Assembly (NCBI GenBank): GCA_029879905.1 | Contig: JAOUPN010000001.1 | Location: 1 to 61,117, forward strand | Source of the DNA: Nitrospira sp. | GTDB lineage: Bacteria > Nitrospirota > Nitrospiria > Nitrospirales > Nitrospiraceae | Direction of reading: 5' to 3' | DNA: 61,117 nucleotides | In this document: one piece after another, positions 19,937 to 29,831 of the stretch | Layout of the letters: every line of letters begins with the position of its first letter | Position numbering within the stretch: the first letter of the stretch is position 1 | Position numbers and translations under genes: made by a program | Notes under the pieces: generated by a model | Databases searched by the model: none | What the model was told of the DNA's origin: nothing | The model's input: the letters and a program-made list of their open reading frames with translations, nothing else

Positions 19937-20188
19937 ATGTCATTGGCCACGATCAAAGTGGAAAAGACGGTGCGGAATTGGTGGCGCAGTTCCGGGTTCA
20001 TCCCGCCCAGATCACTGAATGGAAGCAGCAACTGCTGGTCAGGGCGGCCAAGGTGTTTGGCAGGGCAACGTGTTTGTGGGGTAGTTGTGGCGGAACCTCA
20101 AGTATAAAGAGGGCTATATTTCTAGGCCCATGACACCGTCCCTGAGGTCCAGCAGGGACTGGCAGGGTATCTGACATTCTACAATCAA
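19937..20188 (+). pseudogene. Internally deleted IS3-family relic (OrfA piece joined to OrfB C-terminus)
   Basis: QFRVHPAQITEWKQQLL..AAKVFG (OrfA-like), then NVFV..LWRNLKY.E...DTV.E.QQGL..YLTFYNQ (OrfB-like), with stops and frameshifts. Confidence 0.72.
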
Positions 20189-20474
20189 AAAATAGGGTCA
20201 GGATTTGTTATCTTGACTATGTGTGATCCTTTTCTGTCAGTCTGCACGCTCAGAGCGAATCAGTCAAGATCTTGATCTTGCCAATGTGCAATCATGTCAT
20301 CGCCTGGATGAGTCGCGCGCTGAATACCATGCTGCCCCCCGGTGCTTAGGGTGTGTCCTGGGAGCGGCGTCGGTGCTTTTTACAAGGAAATGCCTCATAT
20401 GCCTTTATGCGAGGAATGGTGGGGAAGGAAGATTTCGAGGTATGTATCGTGTGGGTATCCAGGAAACGGGAACG

Positions 20475-20771
20475 TTACACTAACTCAAGTCGCACCTTGC
20501 GCCCGAGTGCGGCGGCAGCACGGTTCAATGTGTCCAAGCTCACGGCTGTATTTTGGGGATCAAGTACGCGATCAAGCTGAAAGCGTGAGGTTTTCATCCG
20601 CTTGGCCATTTCGCTTTTAGTGATATGCGCTGCTTTCATCGCATCGGCCAGTTGCCATGCCAGCACTTCCTTAATGGCTTGCTGACTGACTGCTTCGTAG
20701 ATGCCTTCCTCTTTCAGCCAGTCATCAACTAAGGTGCCTCTATGCGGATTTGTCGATTTCTTCCTCATCAT
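20475..20771 (-). CDS. XRE/HTH antitoxin of a type II TA pair
   Basis: H.G...DDWLKEEGI, ITKSEMAKRMKTSR.QLDRVLDP HTH. ATGA overlap with the toxin. Confidence 0.85.
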   Translation of the reverse strand: MMRKKSTNPHRGTLVDDWLKEEGIYEAVSQQAIKEVLAWQLADAMKAAHITKSEMAKRMKTSRFQLDRVLDPQNTAVSLDTLNRAAAALGRKVRLELV

Positions 20772-21112
20772 TCCACCTCCTTCATGCGGTTGCGGGCAAG
20801 ATCAAGGTCGTGCGCCGGTATCTTCTGTGTCTTCTTGATAAATCCATGCAGCACAAATAACTCGCCCTCAGCAGCACAAAATAGTACCCGTGCGATCCGC
20901 CCGCGTGGGAGCTGTGTCCGAACTTCCCAGAGTCCATGACCCAATGCACGGCATAAGGGCATGCCTACAGGAAAACCAAATTCAACGCGAGCTAAATCCT
21001 GACCAATGGCATGCCGGTCTGCAATCGGCAAAGACCGAAGCCACTCCAATACCGGATTCGCTCCCCCGGCTGTGTGGTAAAACCGTGCGACGATCTTCTT
21101 CCTTTGCCGCAT
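20768..21112 (-). CDS. RelE/ParE-superfamily toxin (Gp49/Tad-like)
   Basis: FYHT.GG.NPV.EWL, GMPLCR.LG.GLWEVR, LHGFIKKTQK. AGGAG RBS before ATG 21112. Confidence 0.88.
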   Translation of the reverse strand: MRQRKKIVARFYHTAGGANPVLEWLRSLPIADRHAIGQDLARVEFGFPVGMPLCRALGHGLWEVRTQLPRGRIARVLFCAAEGELFVLHGFIKKTQKIPAHDLDLARNRMKEVE

Positions 21113-21124
21113 AAACTCCTGCAC

Positions 21125-21153
21125 ATGATGTACTATGTGTAGTACATTGTCAA
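21125..21153 (-). promoter_or_regulatory. TA promoter with palindromic operator in the spacer
   Basis: Minus strand TTGACA-N17-CATCAT. Perfect inverted repeat ATGTACTA-tgtg-TAGTACAT at 21128-21147. Confidence 0.72.
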
Positions 21154-21355
21154 CGAAAAGACTGCGTGCTGTGAACAGAGGTGAGGGAGGAATACGCGAA
21201 GGAATTTATCCGATCACGAAGATTATGATAAAGCCATAAGGAGCGGTCGGCACGAGCAAGCTTGGTTTGTAATGGGGAAACAGCGAAGGGGGTTATCCGC
21301 TGACAATCATTACGATAAAGCGATAAAGATTCAGTGGCTCTCACGAAGTGCGGTT

Positions 21356-21431
21356 TGGTGGCGGTGACCCGGATTGAACGGGTGACCCGCGGCTTATGAG
21401 TCCGCTGCTCTGCCAACTGAGCTACACCGCC
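21356..21431 (-). tRNA. tRNA with CAT anticodon, probably elongator tRNA-Met
   Basis: 76 nt GGCGGTGTAGCTCAGTTGGCAGAGCAGCGGACTCATAAGCCGCGGGTCACCCGTTCAATCCGGGTCACCGCCACCA. Cloverleaf with encoded CCA and paired G1-C72, so not an initiator. Ile2 cannot be fully excluded. Confidence 0.95.
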
Positions 21432-21622
21432 ACGGGCAAGAAATTAACGGGTTGGCGTCTCGGAGTCAAGGTGGAGGACAGATTAATATTCTATGGATAG
21501 ATCAGAGAAACTGCGGCTGTGTCCTTGGCGACGTGTCTGTGGCGCAAACTTCTATGTCATGAATATATCAGCGAAAATCGCACATGTGTAGGTGATGGCC
21601 TATAAAACTGGCCCTATCCACA

Positions 21623-22429
21623 TTAGCCTTGTGATCGAGCGAGCTTGACCCATGTGGTCGGCCCGACGATTCCGTCCGGTTCAAGTCCGTGCTTTCGTTG
21701 AAAGCGAGTCACGGCGACGACGGTTTCCGGGCCGAATCGTCCGTCTATCGTAACACGTTGACCGGCGCGGCGAAGGGCGCGCTGAACACTCTTGACATCC
21801 CGTCCCTTCAACGGCGGATTTTGCAATTGGAGCTTTCTGCCGATAGCATCTACTTTCGTCGTGCTGATGCGGCGAAGGAGTTTCTCGGTTTTCGGACCGA
21901 CGGATCCGTCGGCTCTCAGTCCGTGTTGGCGTTGAAATCTACGGATTGCAGTGGCGGTGGTTTTCCCGAAGACGCCGTCAACGCGAACAGAGAATCCCTG
22001 TTGCCGCAAGAGACGTTGCAGACGGACGACTTTTGGCCCTTTCATCCGTGGACGCGTCAGTTGTAATTGCTGATAGGTTCCCTTCATCAAGGTTTGTCGC
22101 GGCTGAGATATCGTCGTTGGACCGGTGACTTGCCGTGATGAGGCGGTTTGCGTCTGACGGGCTGTCAGAGTCGTGAGATGGCTGCGTAATTCCTCATTTT
22201 CACGAAGTTTCTCTTCCACCTCCTGTTGCAATGACGCATGCTGAGCACGTAATTCCGCATTGTCGTTGTCCAAACGTTGACGTTCATCCAAGGCATCGTT
22301 CAAATCGGCTCTCAGTTCTTCGATTTCATGCTGCAAGGCAGGAGGCCAGTAATCGCAACCGGCGAGTCCAAATCCCGTAAGTGCAAGAGCCGTATAGGTC
22401 AGATATTTCTTGATCGGATGGATGAACAT
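21623..22429 (-). CDS. Lipoprotein with coiled coil and two peptidoglycan-binding (PG_binding_1) domains
   Basis: LAG/C lipobox. Two copies of G..V..LQ..L...G....DG.FG..T..A...FQ..HGL..DG.VGP.T. Confidence 0.88.
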   Translation of the reverse strand: MFIHPIKKYLTYTALALTGFGLAGCDYWPPALQHEIEELRADLNDALDERQRLDNDNAELRAQHASLQQEVEEKLRENEELRSHLTTLTARQTQTASSRQVTGPTTISQPRQTLMKGTYQQLQLTRPRMKGPKVVRLQRLLRQQGFSVRVDGVFGKTTATAIRRFQRQHGLRADGSVGPKTEKLLRRISTTKVDAIGRKLQLQNPPLKGRDVKSVQRALRRAGQRVTIDGRFGPETVVAVTRFQRKHGLEPDGIVGPTTWVKLARSQG

Positions 22430-22514
22430 GTCTCACGCCTCCTTAGGCCAAGCTGTATACGATATCACGAGGATCCCGTTCTTCCTCGCATGTTTACACA
22501 AGCATCCTGGTCAG

Positions 22515-22721
22515 TCAACATTCTTCGCCGGCTTCGAGATATTGATCGTAACAGTCCTGGTGCCACGCGATCGATTCCGCGGGGTGTGTGATGGATTTCT
22601 CCACCGTTTCCACCGACACATTGTTATGACGGAGGTCGACAGGCTTCCCACATACTTGGCAAGAAGGGCTCGGTGACGTCTCTGTCGATAATCCAGGCCT
22701 GTTCGTGTCGGATGCTCTCAT
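22515..22721 (-). CDS. Small CxxC...HxxC putative zinc-binding protein
   Basis: CQVCGKPV...WHQDCY. AGGGAG RBS. Confidence 0.6.
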   Translation of the reverse strand: MRASDTNRPGLSTETSPSPSCQVCGKPVDLRHNNVSVETVEKSITHPAESIAWHQDCYDQYLEAGEEC

Positions 22722-22860
22722 AATCGTGTGCTCCCTATTCTGTGACTTTGATACGTGTGTGGCAAGCTTTTATGCTGTTGATGAGAACTGTGACAAGCTC
22801 CAAGATTAGAAAGCCGCGCAGAGTGACGGTGTTGTTTTGGCTCGGCTCCATATTCGGTTT

Positions 22861-23130
22861 TCAAGTATCCGGAAATATGCGAGAGGATCCGAGGTAGGAA
22901 CGGCTCATGGTCCCCAGTAGTTCTACCTGCATCGTAATCGTTTTTCCAGCCCAGGGGTGATTGGCATCGAGTCGCTCCACTCCTCGCATCACAGCATGGT
23001 TTCCTGACCTGAAAACCATGGGACCTCTAAAGAGGGTAGGGTCTAGCAGGGTGCGGTCTTCTAAGCCGGCCATAATAGCTACGTGTACGTGGTCTTACGG
23101 ACGGACGAGCTGATGATTGATTCGTCTCAT
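22861..23130 (-). pseudogene. SlyD/FKBP-type PPIase relic
   Basis: MRRINHQLVRP*DHVHV...LEDRTLLD...PMVF..G...VMRGVERL joined directly to DANHPWAGKT. In-frame TAA at 23095-23097 and a missing central part. Confidence 0.6.
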
Positions 23131-23467
23131 AGGGGATTTGAGAAACTGTACCCCCTTCACGTCGGGAGTATCCTCCAGAGCATAACGTCCATTCGATACT
23201 ATCCCGACCTGATATGTCAGGCTGGCGACTCACAGTAAAACGTGAGAGGGCGTTGAGGTAAACTAGGTGATTCCCCGGTTCTGACTGGGAAATACCCTAG
23301 TTCACCTGTGTTATTCTCGTTAATCGTGAAACGTCAAAGGTGAAACGTGAATGGAGCATCGAGACAGTGTCGTTGGGTTATGCGTGCTGAAACTCTTTAA
23401 GGGGGGCGATGTTGGTTTGATAGGAGCGCCGTATGACCTTGGCTTAAGACTCGATGAGACTGCAGGG

Positions 23468-24574
23468 TCAGATCGAGCCGTTTCGGGAACTCTTTAGTAG
23501 GACCATGGTATCACCCTCTTCAAGGTGACTGACTTGGTCGAGTTCCGCAAGGGGGATAATCTTCTCGCCACGGTATAGGCGAAGGAGGACATCAGGTTTA
23601 AGAGCAGCGGGCGATTTTCCGACTTCATCCTGTCGAACCGAACGTTCCTCTAGACTGACGTTGCCTCGGGCGGTCAGCAGATCATCCAAATAGTGGACGA
23701 TATGTCCGTGATCCACCGCGGCGGCGAGAATATATCCGCCGAACGTCGCGGGCGAGACGATCGCATCGGCGCCTCCCTGCTTGAATAGTTTGACGTTTTC
23801 TTCTTCTTTCGCACTCACAATCAATCGGGCGGTGGGATTCAGGTGGCGGGCGGTTAAGAGGATAAGCGCACTGGCATCGTCTCGGCCGGCCGTGATGATC
23901 ACGCATTTGGCCTTCTCAATCACGGCGTCACGCAGCACTGTCTCCTGTGTGGCATCGGCTTGAATTGCCGCGATGCCCAGTGATCCGGCCAGCCGCACCC
24001 GCTCTTCCCTCTGATCGATGACCACGATCTGATCCGCCTGGGCGCCTCGCGACAACAATTCTTTTGTCGAGGAGAGGCCGGTATGGCCGAACCCACAGAC
24101 GATCAGGTGATGATTCAACATCGATTGCAGCTTCGCCATGCGATACCCCTCCATGTATTGGCGTATGATCAATTGGTAGGCGGTCCCCAAGAAGAGAAAC
24201 CAGAGTCCGAATCGGATTGGTGTCACCACTAGAGCATCAATAAGGCGCGCGCTGGTCGAAACCGGGACAATATCCCCGTATCCAACCGTCGAGACCGTGA
24301 TCATCGTGAAATAGACGACGTCGGTGAACGACACCTCGCCGTCCAGCTGGTCACGGAGCCCGTCACGGTCCCACCAAAGCAAGGCAAAGGCGATGGTGAA
24401 CAATAAAACCGCGAGGAGTATCCTGGTCGCCAGGGTCTGTGAGGGGGACCAGGCATCCGGGGTAATGACGATCCGTGGAGATTCGGTCAGTCTCTTTCTG
24501 CGGATAAGAGACCATACGCGGTCAAGGAGGCTGTGCTGTGGTGCTGGAGAGCTCATGTGGTCTTTTTTGCTCAA
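23468..24574 (-). CDS. Potassium channel with TrkA-N/RCK domain
   Basis: TVSTVGYGD selectivity filter, HLIVCGFGHTG Rossmann motif. Confidence 0.92.
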   Translation of the reverse strand: MSKKDHMSSPAPQHSLLDRVWSLIRRKRLTESPRIVITPDAWSPSQTLATRILLAVLLFTIAFALLWWDRDGLRDQLDGEVSFTDVVYFTMITVSTVGYGDIVPVSTSARLIDALVVTPIRFGLWFLFLGTAYQLIIRQYMEGYRMAKLQSMLNHHLIVCGFGHTGLSSTKELLSRGAQADQIVVIDQREERVRLAGSLGIAAIQADATQETVLRDAVIEKAKCVIITAGRDDASALILLTARHLNPTARLIVSAKEEENVKLFKQGGADAIVSPATFGGYILAAAVDHGHIVHYLDDLLTARGNVSLEERSVRQDEVGKSPAALKPDVLLRLYRGEKIIPLAELDQVSHLEEGDTMVLLKSSRNGSI

Positions 24575-24625
24575 GATTCGGCACGGAAACTGGTCGTGCT
24601 CACGGGTCAGGTCTACGAACAGCGT

Positions 24626-24937
24626 CTATGAATCCGAGTCAGGAGGTTGTGCTGTTTCTTGTTGTCGGCGGAGTTGATTCTCCAGTTCCCGAATACGTTC
24701 CCCCTGGGAGGTCACCGTGGTTTCGAGTGAGCGTCTTGTGCGGCTGGTTCTCCAACGGCCGCCTAGGGAAGCCAGTAATGCCAGGACAATGCCGGATCCG
24801 ACCGATCCGAGAATAACCAGTACCAAGGAGGTTTGATATTCCCAGGCGAGGAATTTGACGATGACGGTATCCGTATTTTGCAGCGCGAACGCCGCAGTTC
24901 CTATGGCCAGCAGGAGAGCAGCAATGAGGACCGTCAT
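24626..24937 (-). CDS. LapA (DUF1049) family protein
   Basis: FALQNT..V.V.FL.W....SL.LVIL followed by a coiled coil. Confidence 0.8.
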   Translation of the reverse strand: MTVLIAALLLAIGTAAFALQNTDTVIVKFLAWEYQTSLVLVILGSVGSGIVLALLASLGGRWRTSRTRRSLETTVTSQGERIRELENQLRRQQETAQPPDSDS

Positions 24938-25124
24938 ATTACCCTGTCTACTATATAAGGATCTCTGGAACGCATGTCCCACCATGGTGATGAGTCGACT
25001 TCATGCCGTCGAATACCGTCACTTCCGTCAAAAAAGTTTCGGACAAGGTATTGATGGCCTGTATGCTCTGCTTTGTGATTCTGCTGAACATGGTTTGCGC
25101 CAATCCTATCAGGCTCTCGCATCG

Positions 25125-27254
25125 TCAGCTCGAACTTCCTCCGGTCGGAGGAGTTTCCGGGTGCGGCGGTGTGGGCTGGAGCGGCCAGATTCGAAGCCCC
25201 GGGGCCTGGTAGCCCTTCGGCAGGTATTGATCGGGAATCGCCGTCCTGTTTCCGTCACGGATTTGGGTGTAGTGCGGCGACATGATTTCAAGACCAGCCT
25301 CATGAAATTGATCCTGAATGTGCTGGTGCAATTCTGCATAGATGGCGGCCATCTTGTTGGGATGACCGGTGTAGGCGTTAATCTCGTAGGATACGTAAAA
25401 GTCGTTCAGGCCGGTCTGTAGAACAAACGGCGGGGGCGATTCCAGAATATGTGTTGTGCGTTCGGCGGCGGCGATGAGCAACTCGTGAACCCTTCGCCAG
25501 GGAACGTCGTAGCCGATAGTGACGGTCGAATGAAGAATAAGAGGCGGAGGATTCATCGCCGACGAGCTGAAATTGATGATGTGCGAGCTCAACACCAGGG
25601 CGTTAGGAATGGTGACGTCGACGTTCTTGATGGTTCGGATTCTGGTTACTAAGAGCGTTTTTTCGGTGATGTCTCCGATCGTTTCGGCGATCTTGACACG
25701 GTCACCGATGCTGAACGGACGCATGTAGGTGAGCACGATGCCGGCCACGATGTTGCTGAATGATCCGGCGGCGCCCAACGACACCAGGACGCCGAGAAAG
25801 ACGGAAATACCTCTGAACGCTTCAGATTGAGATCCTGGTATGTAGGGAACGATTGCCACAGCGGCCAATACCAGGGCAAAGAATCGGACGATCTTGTACG
25901 TGGGAGCGGCCCATTCACGGTGAAATCCGACGAAGGTGATTGCGCCTCGCTCAATGCCCATGAAGAACAGGTAGATGAGCTTGATGATGTACCTCGTGAC
26001 GAAGGCAATCACCACGATGGCGATGATGTCGGGGAGCGAGGAAACAAATGTCAGGGCAATCAATTTGATCGGTTCGAAGAGATAGCCCCACAGTTCAAGA
26101 GACAGCGTGTGGGTTGCAGGAAAGAATCCCAGGATCGACGTGACGTAGAGGTAACTTAAGGATGCATAGGCTACGAATTGCAAGACGCGCAGGAGGCCCA
26201 GCACCGCTTCGGCGATCTGAGAGCCTGCCAGCAGTTCTACCCGTTGGATCTTGAGTGAGTATTGTGTGATACGTCCCCATCGAGAGACCTTCTCTATCGC
26301 GCGAGGAAACAGATGATGGAAGACTTTCAAGAGGCCGAGAAACAATGCCGTCGCAATGAGCGTCAGCAGCAGGCCTGCGAAGAGACTTCCCCAATTCGCA
26401 TTCAAGCCCTGTAACCGATCTAACGGCACAGCGACCGCCGCGAGTAAACGCTCCTCAAATTCACGAGTTTGCGGGAAGAGGTCCAAGACAAAATGAAAAT
26501 AGGCGTACAGGGCAAAGACGGAAAGGATGACGCGGAGAAATTTGCTTAGATACAGAAGGCCATCGGTGAGCTGGTTCGCTGAAACCAGTTCGATATCTCG
26601 GAATGAAACGGTGCGGAGTCGTGTTCCACGCCACGCATTGAGTGCATCATAGAGCAGAGGAAAGCCGATCGATGCCGCCAGGGCAAAGAAGATCAAGAGC
26701 GCGGTGGCGACGCCGGCCCACAGTAGATCCCGCAATTCGATTTGTGTCGCGGGTGGCGGAGCCGGCTGAAGCGACGGTTTGGGAACAGGTTGGGGCTTCG
26801 GTTCCGAAGGGGAAGGGATTGCTGCGCCGACCGCGTTGCGTATCCGGTCCGTCTGCTCTTTGGCGAGCAGATCTCGTGGTTTGCCTGCAGCCATCGCTTC
26901 GGTTTCGGTGATGACGTACAGGACTTCATCGGACGTCACAATGTAGGAGGTATGCTCATGGTCTTCGAACCGCAGACTGTCAAGGACGGTTCGTTCGGAT
27001 CGAGCCAGCCGTTCGAGTCGCTTCTCGATAGCCGCTGCTCTGACGGATGGGTCGATATTGGCCAGCCCTGTGTGGATAGAGAAGAGGGTTTGGCCGTTGA
27101 ACCGTACCGGTGCGGCGGAGTTGGGAGAGGAGAAATCGGCTTGAACTGTGCCGGTGGACAACAATAGGAGGAGCATCGCCCAGAAAGCTCCGAGGGCTCG
27201 GAGAAATAGTACATGCTGTCGTAGATGTCGGGCGTGCTGTTTTAACTCTGCCAT
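25125..27254 (-). CDS. Large MscS-family mechanosensitive channel
   Basis: SNIVAGIVL..MRPFSIGDRVKI, VTIPN, VTIGYD, QFHEAGLEIMSP. Periplasmic N-terminal domain. Start uncertain (27254 or 27311). Confidence 0.9.
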   Translation of the reverse strand: MAELKQHARHLRQHVLFLRALGAFWAMLLLLLSTGTVQADFSSPNSAAPVRFNGQTLFSIHTGLANIDPSVRAAAIEKRLERLARSERTVLDSLRFEDHEHTSYIVTSDEVLYVITETEAMAAGKPRDLLAKEQTDRIRNAVGAAIPSPSEPKPQPVPKPSLQPAPPPATQIELRDLLWAGVATALLIFFALAASIGFPLLYDALNAWRGTRLRTVSFRDIELVSANQLTDGLLYLSKFLRVILSVFALYAYFHFVLDLFPQTREFEERLLAAVAVPLDRLQGLNANWGSLFAGLLLTLIATALFLGLLKVFHHLFPRAIEKVSRWGRITQYSLKIQRVELLAGSQIAEAVLGLLRVLQFVAYASLSYLYVTSILGFFPATHTLSLELWGYLFEPIKLIALTFVSSLPDIIAIVVIAFVTRYIIKLIYLFFMGIERGAITFVGFHREWAAPTYKIVRFFALVLAAVAIVPYIPGSQSEAFRGISVFLGVLVSLGAAGSFSNIVAGIVLTYMRPFSIGDRVKIAETIGDITEKTLLVTRIRTIKNVDVTIPNALVLSSHIINFSSSAMNPPPLILHSTVTIGYDVPWRRVHELLIAAAERTTHILESPPPFVLQTGLNDFYVSYEINAYTGHPNKMAAIYAELHQHIQDQFHEAGLEIMSPHYTQIRDGNRTAIPDQYLPKGYQAPGLRIWPLQPTPPHPETPPTGGSSS

Positions 27255-27435
27255 CAGGATGATCTCCCGGATTACCGGAACAAATTGGTTGATTTTGCCA
27301 CAGGCGTGCAAGCTAAAACACCCTCATTCTCACAAGGTCTTTTGGGAGGACGGGTTTAGTTGCCAAATATTCAAAGGTCGAGCATAATTGCACGGTACGT
27401 CGTTCGAAAGCCTTGCCTGAAAAAGGTCTTATCTG

Positions 27436-28719
27436 ATGCCGATGTTAAGCGTCCAAATGGTGTTAGGGCTGACCGGACTGGTCATCCTGATCGGTCTGGC
27501 CGGTGAGGTCGTGTTCAAACGCACCGGCATTCCCAGCGTCTTATTATTGATGGGATTCGGGATACTGCTGGGTCCGGTCTTTCACTTGGCTGAACCGGCC
27601 CAGGTGATGAAGCTTGCCCCCTATTTCGGCACGCTCGCACTGCTCGTCATTCTCTTCGACGGCGGCATCAATCTTCACATTATGAAAGTGATCAACGAGA
27701 CGCCCATGGCGCTCTTGTATTCGGTGACGGTGTTCGGTTTGACGATCGTCGCCATCATGGGGTTCTACGTCTGGTGGATGGACGGGAGGTGGCTCCACGG
27801 GTTGCTGCTGGGGACGATTCTCGGCGGAACGGCGGCTGCCATTATCATTCCAGTGACGTCGAAAATGGCGTCGCTCAGAGATTCCGCCAAAGTACTTCTG
27901 AGCCTGGACTCGGCCATTTCCGAGGTCTTTGTCGTAGTGCTGGCCTTGGCGCTCATGGGGACGATGAAGGAGTCTCCCGGCTGGGGGGGCGGGTTCTTCC
28001 GTGAAATTTTTCATGCTTTTTGGGATGCCATGATGCTCGCAGTCTTGGCCGGTGCCATGTGGGCGAGATTGCTGGCCTGGCTTGAGGGGAGAGCCCTGTC
28101 CTACATGCTCACCATGGCGGCGATCTTGGTGCTCTACTACGTAGCAGAGGTCATCGGAGCGAACGGCGCCATCACGATCCTCTTGTTTGGTCTGGTGTTA
28201 AGCAACATGGAGTTTCTCGTCGGGAGGTTGGCCAAACCGATTCGAACTTTGATCGGCTATGAATTGGACCAGGCAAAATTCGTCTTGAGTGAATTCTTGA
28301 AACGGATGAACGAAGAGTTGTCGTTTTTGGTGCGGACATTTTTCTATGTATTGTTGGGGTTGATTTTGGATTTCTCTGCTTTGACGGGCAGTATCGCACT
28401 GACCAGTCTTGGGTTATTTGCGATCGTCGTGGTCGTTCGGGCTATCGTAACCGAGGTGATCGGACGTACGACGACTTCTTGGAATCCCGGTGAGCGGTTT
28501 GTTATTGCCGCGATGTTCCCCAGGGGCGTCGCCACTGCGGTCATGGCGTTTCTTCCTATAGCCAGCGGTATTGAAGGGACCGAATTATTTCCGATTTATG
28601 CGCTGACGGTCATCGTGCTTGGGGTAACGGGGATGACGGTCATCTTGACGGTGTATCAACGGTGGAGCAATGTAGAGAAAAAAGTCGATCAAGTGCCTCA
28701 GCGGTCCGCGCCGGCCTGA
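27436..28719 (+). CDS. Cation:proton antiporter (CPA1/NhaP-like)
   Basis: About 12 TM helices, ILFDGG, L.LDSAISE, PRGVATAV. Confidence 0.88.
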   Translation: MPMLSVQMVLGLTGLVILIGLAGEVVFKRTGIPSVLLLMGFGILLGPVFHLAEPAQVMKLAPYFGTLALLVILFDGGINLHIMKVINETPMALLYSVTVFGLTIVAIMGFYVWWMDGRWLHGLLLGTILGGTAAAIIIPVTSKMASLRDSAKVLLSLDSAISEVFVVVLALALMGTMKESPGWGGGFFREIFHAFWDAMMLAVLAGAMWARLLAWLEGRALSYMLTMAAILVLYYVAEVIGANGAITILLFGLVLSNMEFLVGRLAKPIRTLIGYELDQAKFVLSEFLKRMNEELSFLVRTFFYVLLGLILDFSALTGSIALTSLGLFAIVVVVRAIVTEVIGRTTTSWNPGERFVIAAMFPRGVATAVMAFLPIASGIEGTELFPIYALTVIVLGVTGMTVILTVYQRWSNVEKKVDQVPQRSAPA

Positions 28720-28768
28720 GATCACCGATGGAACGTTCGTCTCTATTGGTACTCATGGTAGTCAGGTC

Positions 28769-28813
28769 GTGAAAAGTGAAAGGTGAAAGGTGAGACGTAA
28801 AAAGTGGTGAAAA
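28769..28813 (+). repeat. Heptamer tandem array (GTGAAAN)
   Basis: gtgaaaa gtgaaag gtgaaag gtgagac gtaaaaa. Same unit at 23326-23353 and 34748-34775. Confidence 0.7.
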
Positions 28814-28858
28814 GAATATCCGATAGCGTGACGTTCTGAAACCATTTACCGACAGGCT

Positions 28859-29170
28859 TTACCCTCGTGTCTCTCGACTGCAGACTTGTTTGGGGCGGTT
28901 CAAAATCTCCCGCTCGGCATCCAACCAATCCTGAAGATCATCGCCTTGGTGGTATCCTCGTGCTTCATAGAGCGAATAGGCCCGCACGGCGATACGCTTT
29001 CGCAGTTTTGGGGACAACCGTGTCTTTTTTTCTGAGAAAATAGTCTCTCTGTACAACGCAGCATGAGTTTCGCAGATACCGTGACTGACACGCAAATCGT
29101 CTTCCGGCGGCCAGAACGCCAGCAACGATGGAACGCCTTCTTTTTCACACCAGGCACAGACGACCTTCAT
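28859..29170 (-). CDS. Zinc-ribbon + DUF2934 domain protein
   Basis: CAWC...SHGICETH followed by RIAVRAYSLYEARG...GDDLQDWLDAEREI. Confidence 0.8.
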   Translation of the reverse strand: MKVVCAWCEKEGVPSLLAFWPPEDDLRVSHGICETHAALYRETIFSEKKTRLSPKLRKRIAVRAYSLYEARGYHQGDDLQDWLDAEREILNRPKQVCSRETRG

Positions 29171-29580
29171 ATACCATTACGCTCCAGGTTGATTGTCCCT
29201 CATCAGATAAACTGGCTTCCTATACCGCAATCGGTTCCCACGGCTCTGTTCGCAATCACCATCCTCCGTCATTGATGATGGCGCCGGTCTTCATCATATC
29301 CTTGTTATTCAGACGTATGCCTCCTTGTTAGATATGCTTGGGCACATTCTGTGGCAAATACGTGAAATGTATCTGCATGGCCTCAATCGATGTTTCGGGT
29401 GTCGCTTCATCTCGTTTGTCATGCCGATCCGGCTGGTATCGCCCTGATGAAGCACGGGTTCTCGTGCGTTGGCCGCATACGTATTCGAGTATGATGAGGA
29501 TGAGACCTCATGACCGAGCTGATACGACGCATGCCTGAGCTCAGTGTAGATCGAAGGATCCTAAAACCCCATGCGCAGAT

Positions 29581-29820
29581 TCAGACTGCTAGCTGACGGC
29601 TTAAAATCTCCTGCTCGGCATCCAACCAATCTTGAAGATCACCGCCCTGGCGGTATCCGCGCTCTTCATAGAGCGCATAGGCACGGGCTGCAATACGGTC
29701 GCGCACCCCATTCGAATCAGCCGCCGCCCCCTGAACCGCCTCTGCAACTACGGCTTCATGCTTAATCTGAGTCTCGGTTTTCTGGGCTTTCTCGCTCGCT
29801 CCTGACTGTCGTGTTTTCAT
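29581..29820 (-). CDS. DUF2934 domain protein
   Basis: RIAARAYALYEERG...GDLQDWLDAEQEI. AAGGAGG RBS. Confidence 0.85.
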   Translation of the reverse strand: MKTRQSGASEKAQKTETQIKHEAVVAEAVQGAAADSNGVRDRIAARAYALYEERGYRQGGDLQDWLDAEQEILSRQLAV

Positions 29821-29831
29821 CGTGGACCTCC

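Noticed and set aside
19978-19986. TTGGTGGCG as att duplication of the tRNA 3' end
   Set aside because: Only 9 nt, inside an IS relic, and expected by chance.
20190-20290. TCTTGACT...AGTCAAGA inverted repeat resembling RAYT-associated REPs
   Set aside because: Short arms and no recognisable transposase remnant; insufficient support.
29180-29330. Strong AAGGAGG RBS on the minus strand between the DUF2934 genes
   Set aside because: Followed by ACG and early stops. Possibly a dead small gene, but unidentifiable.
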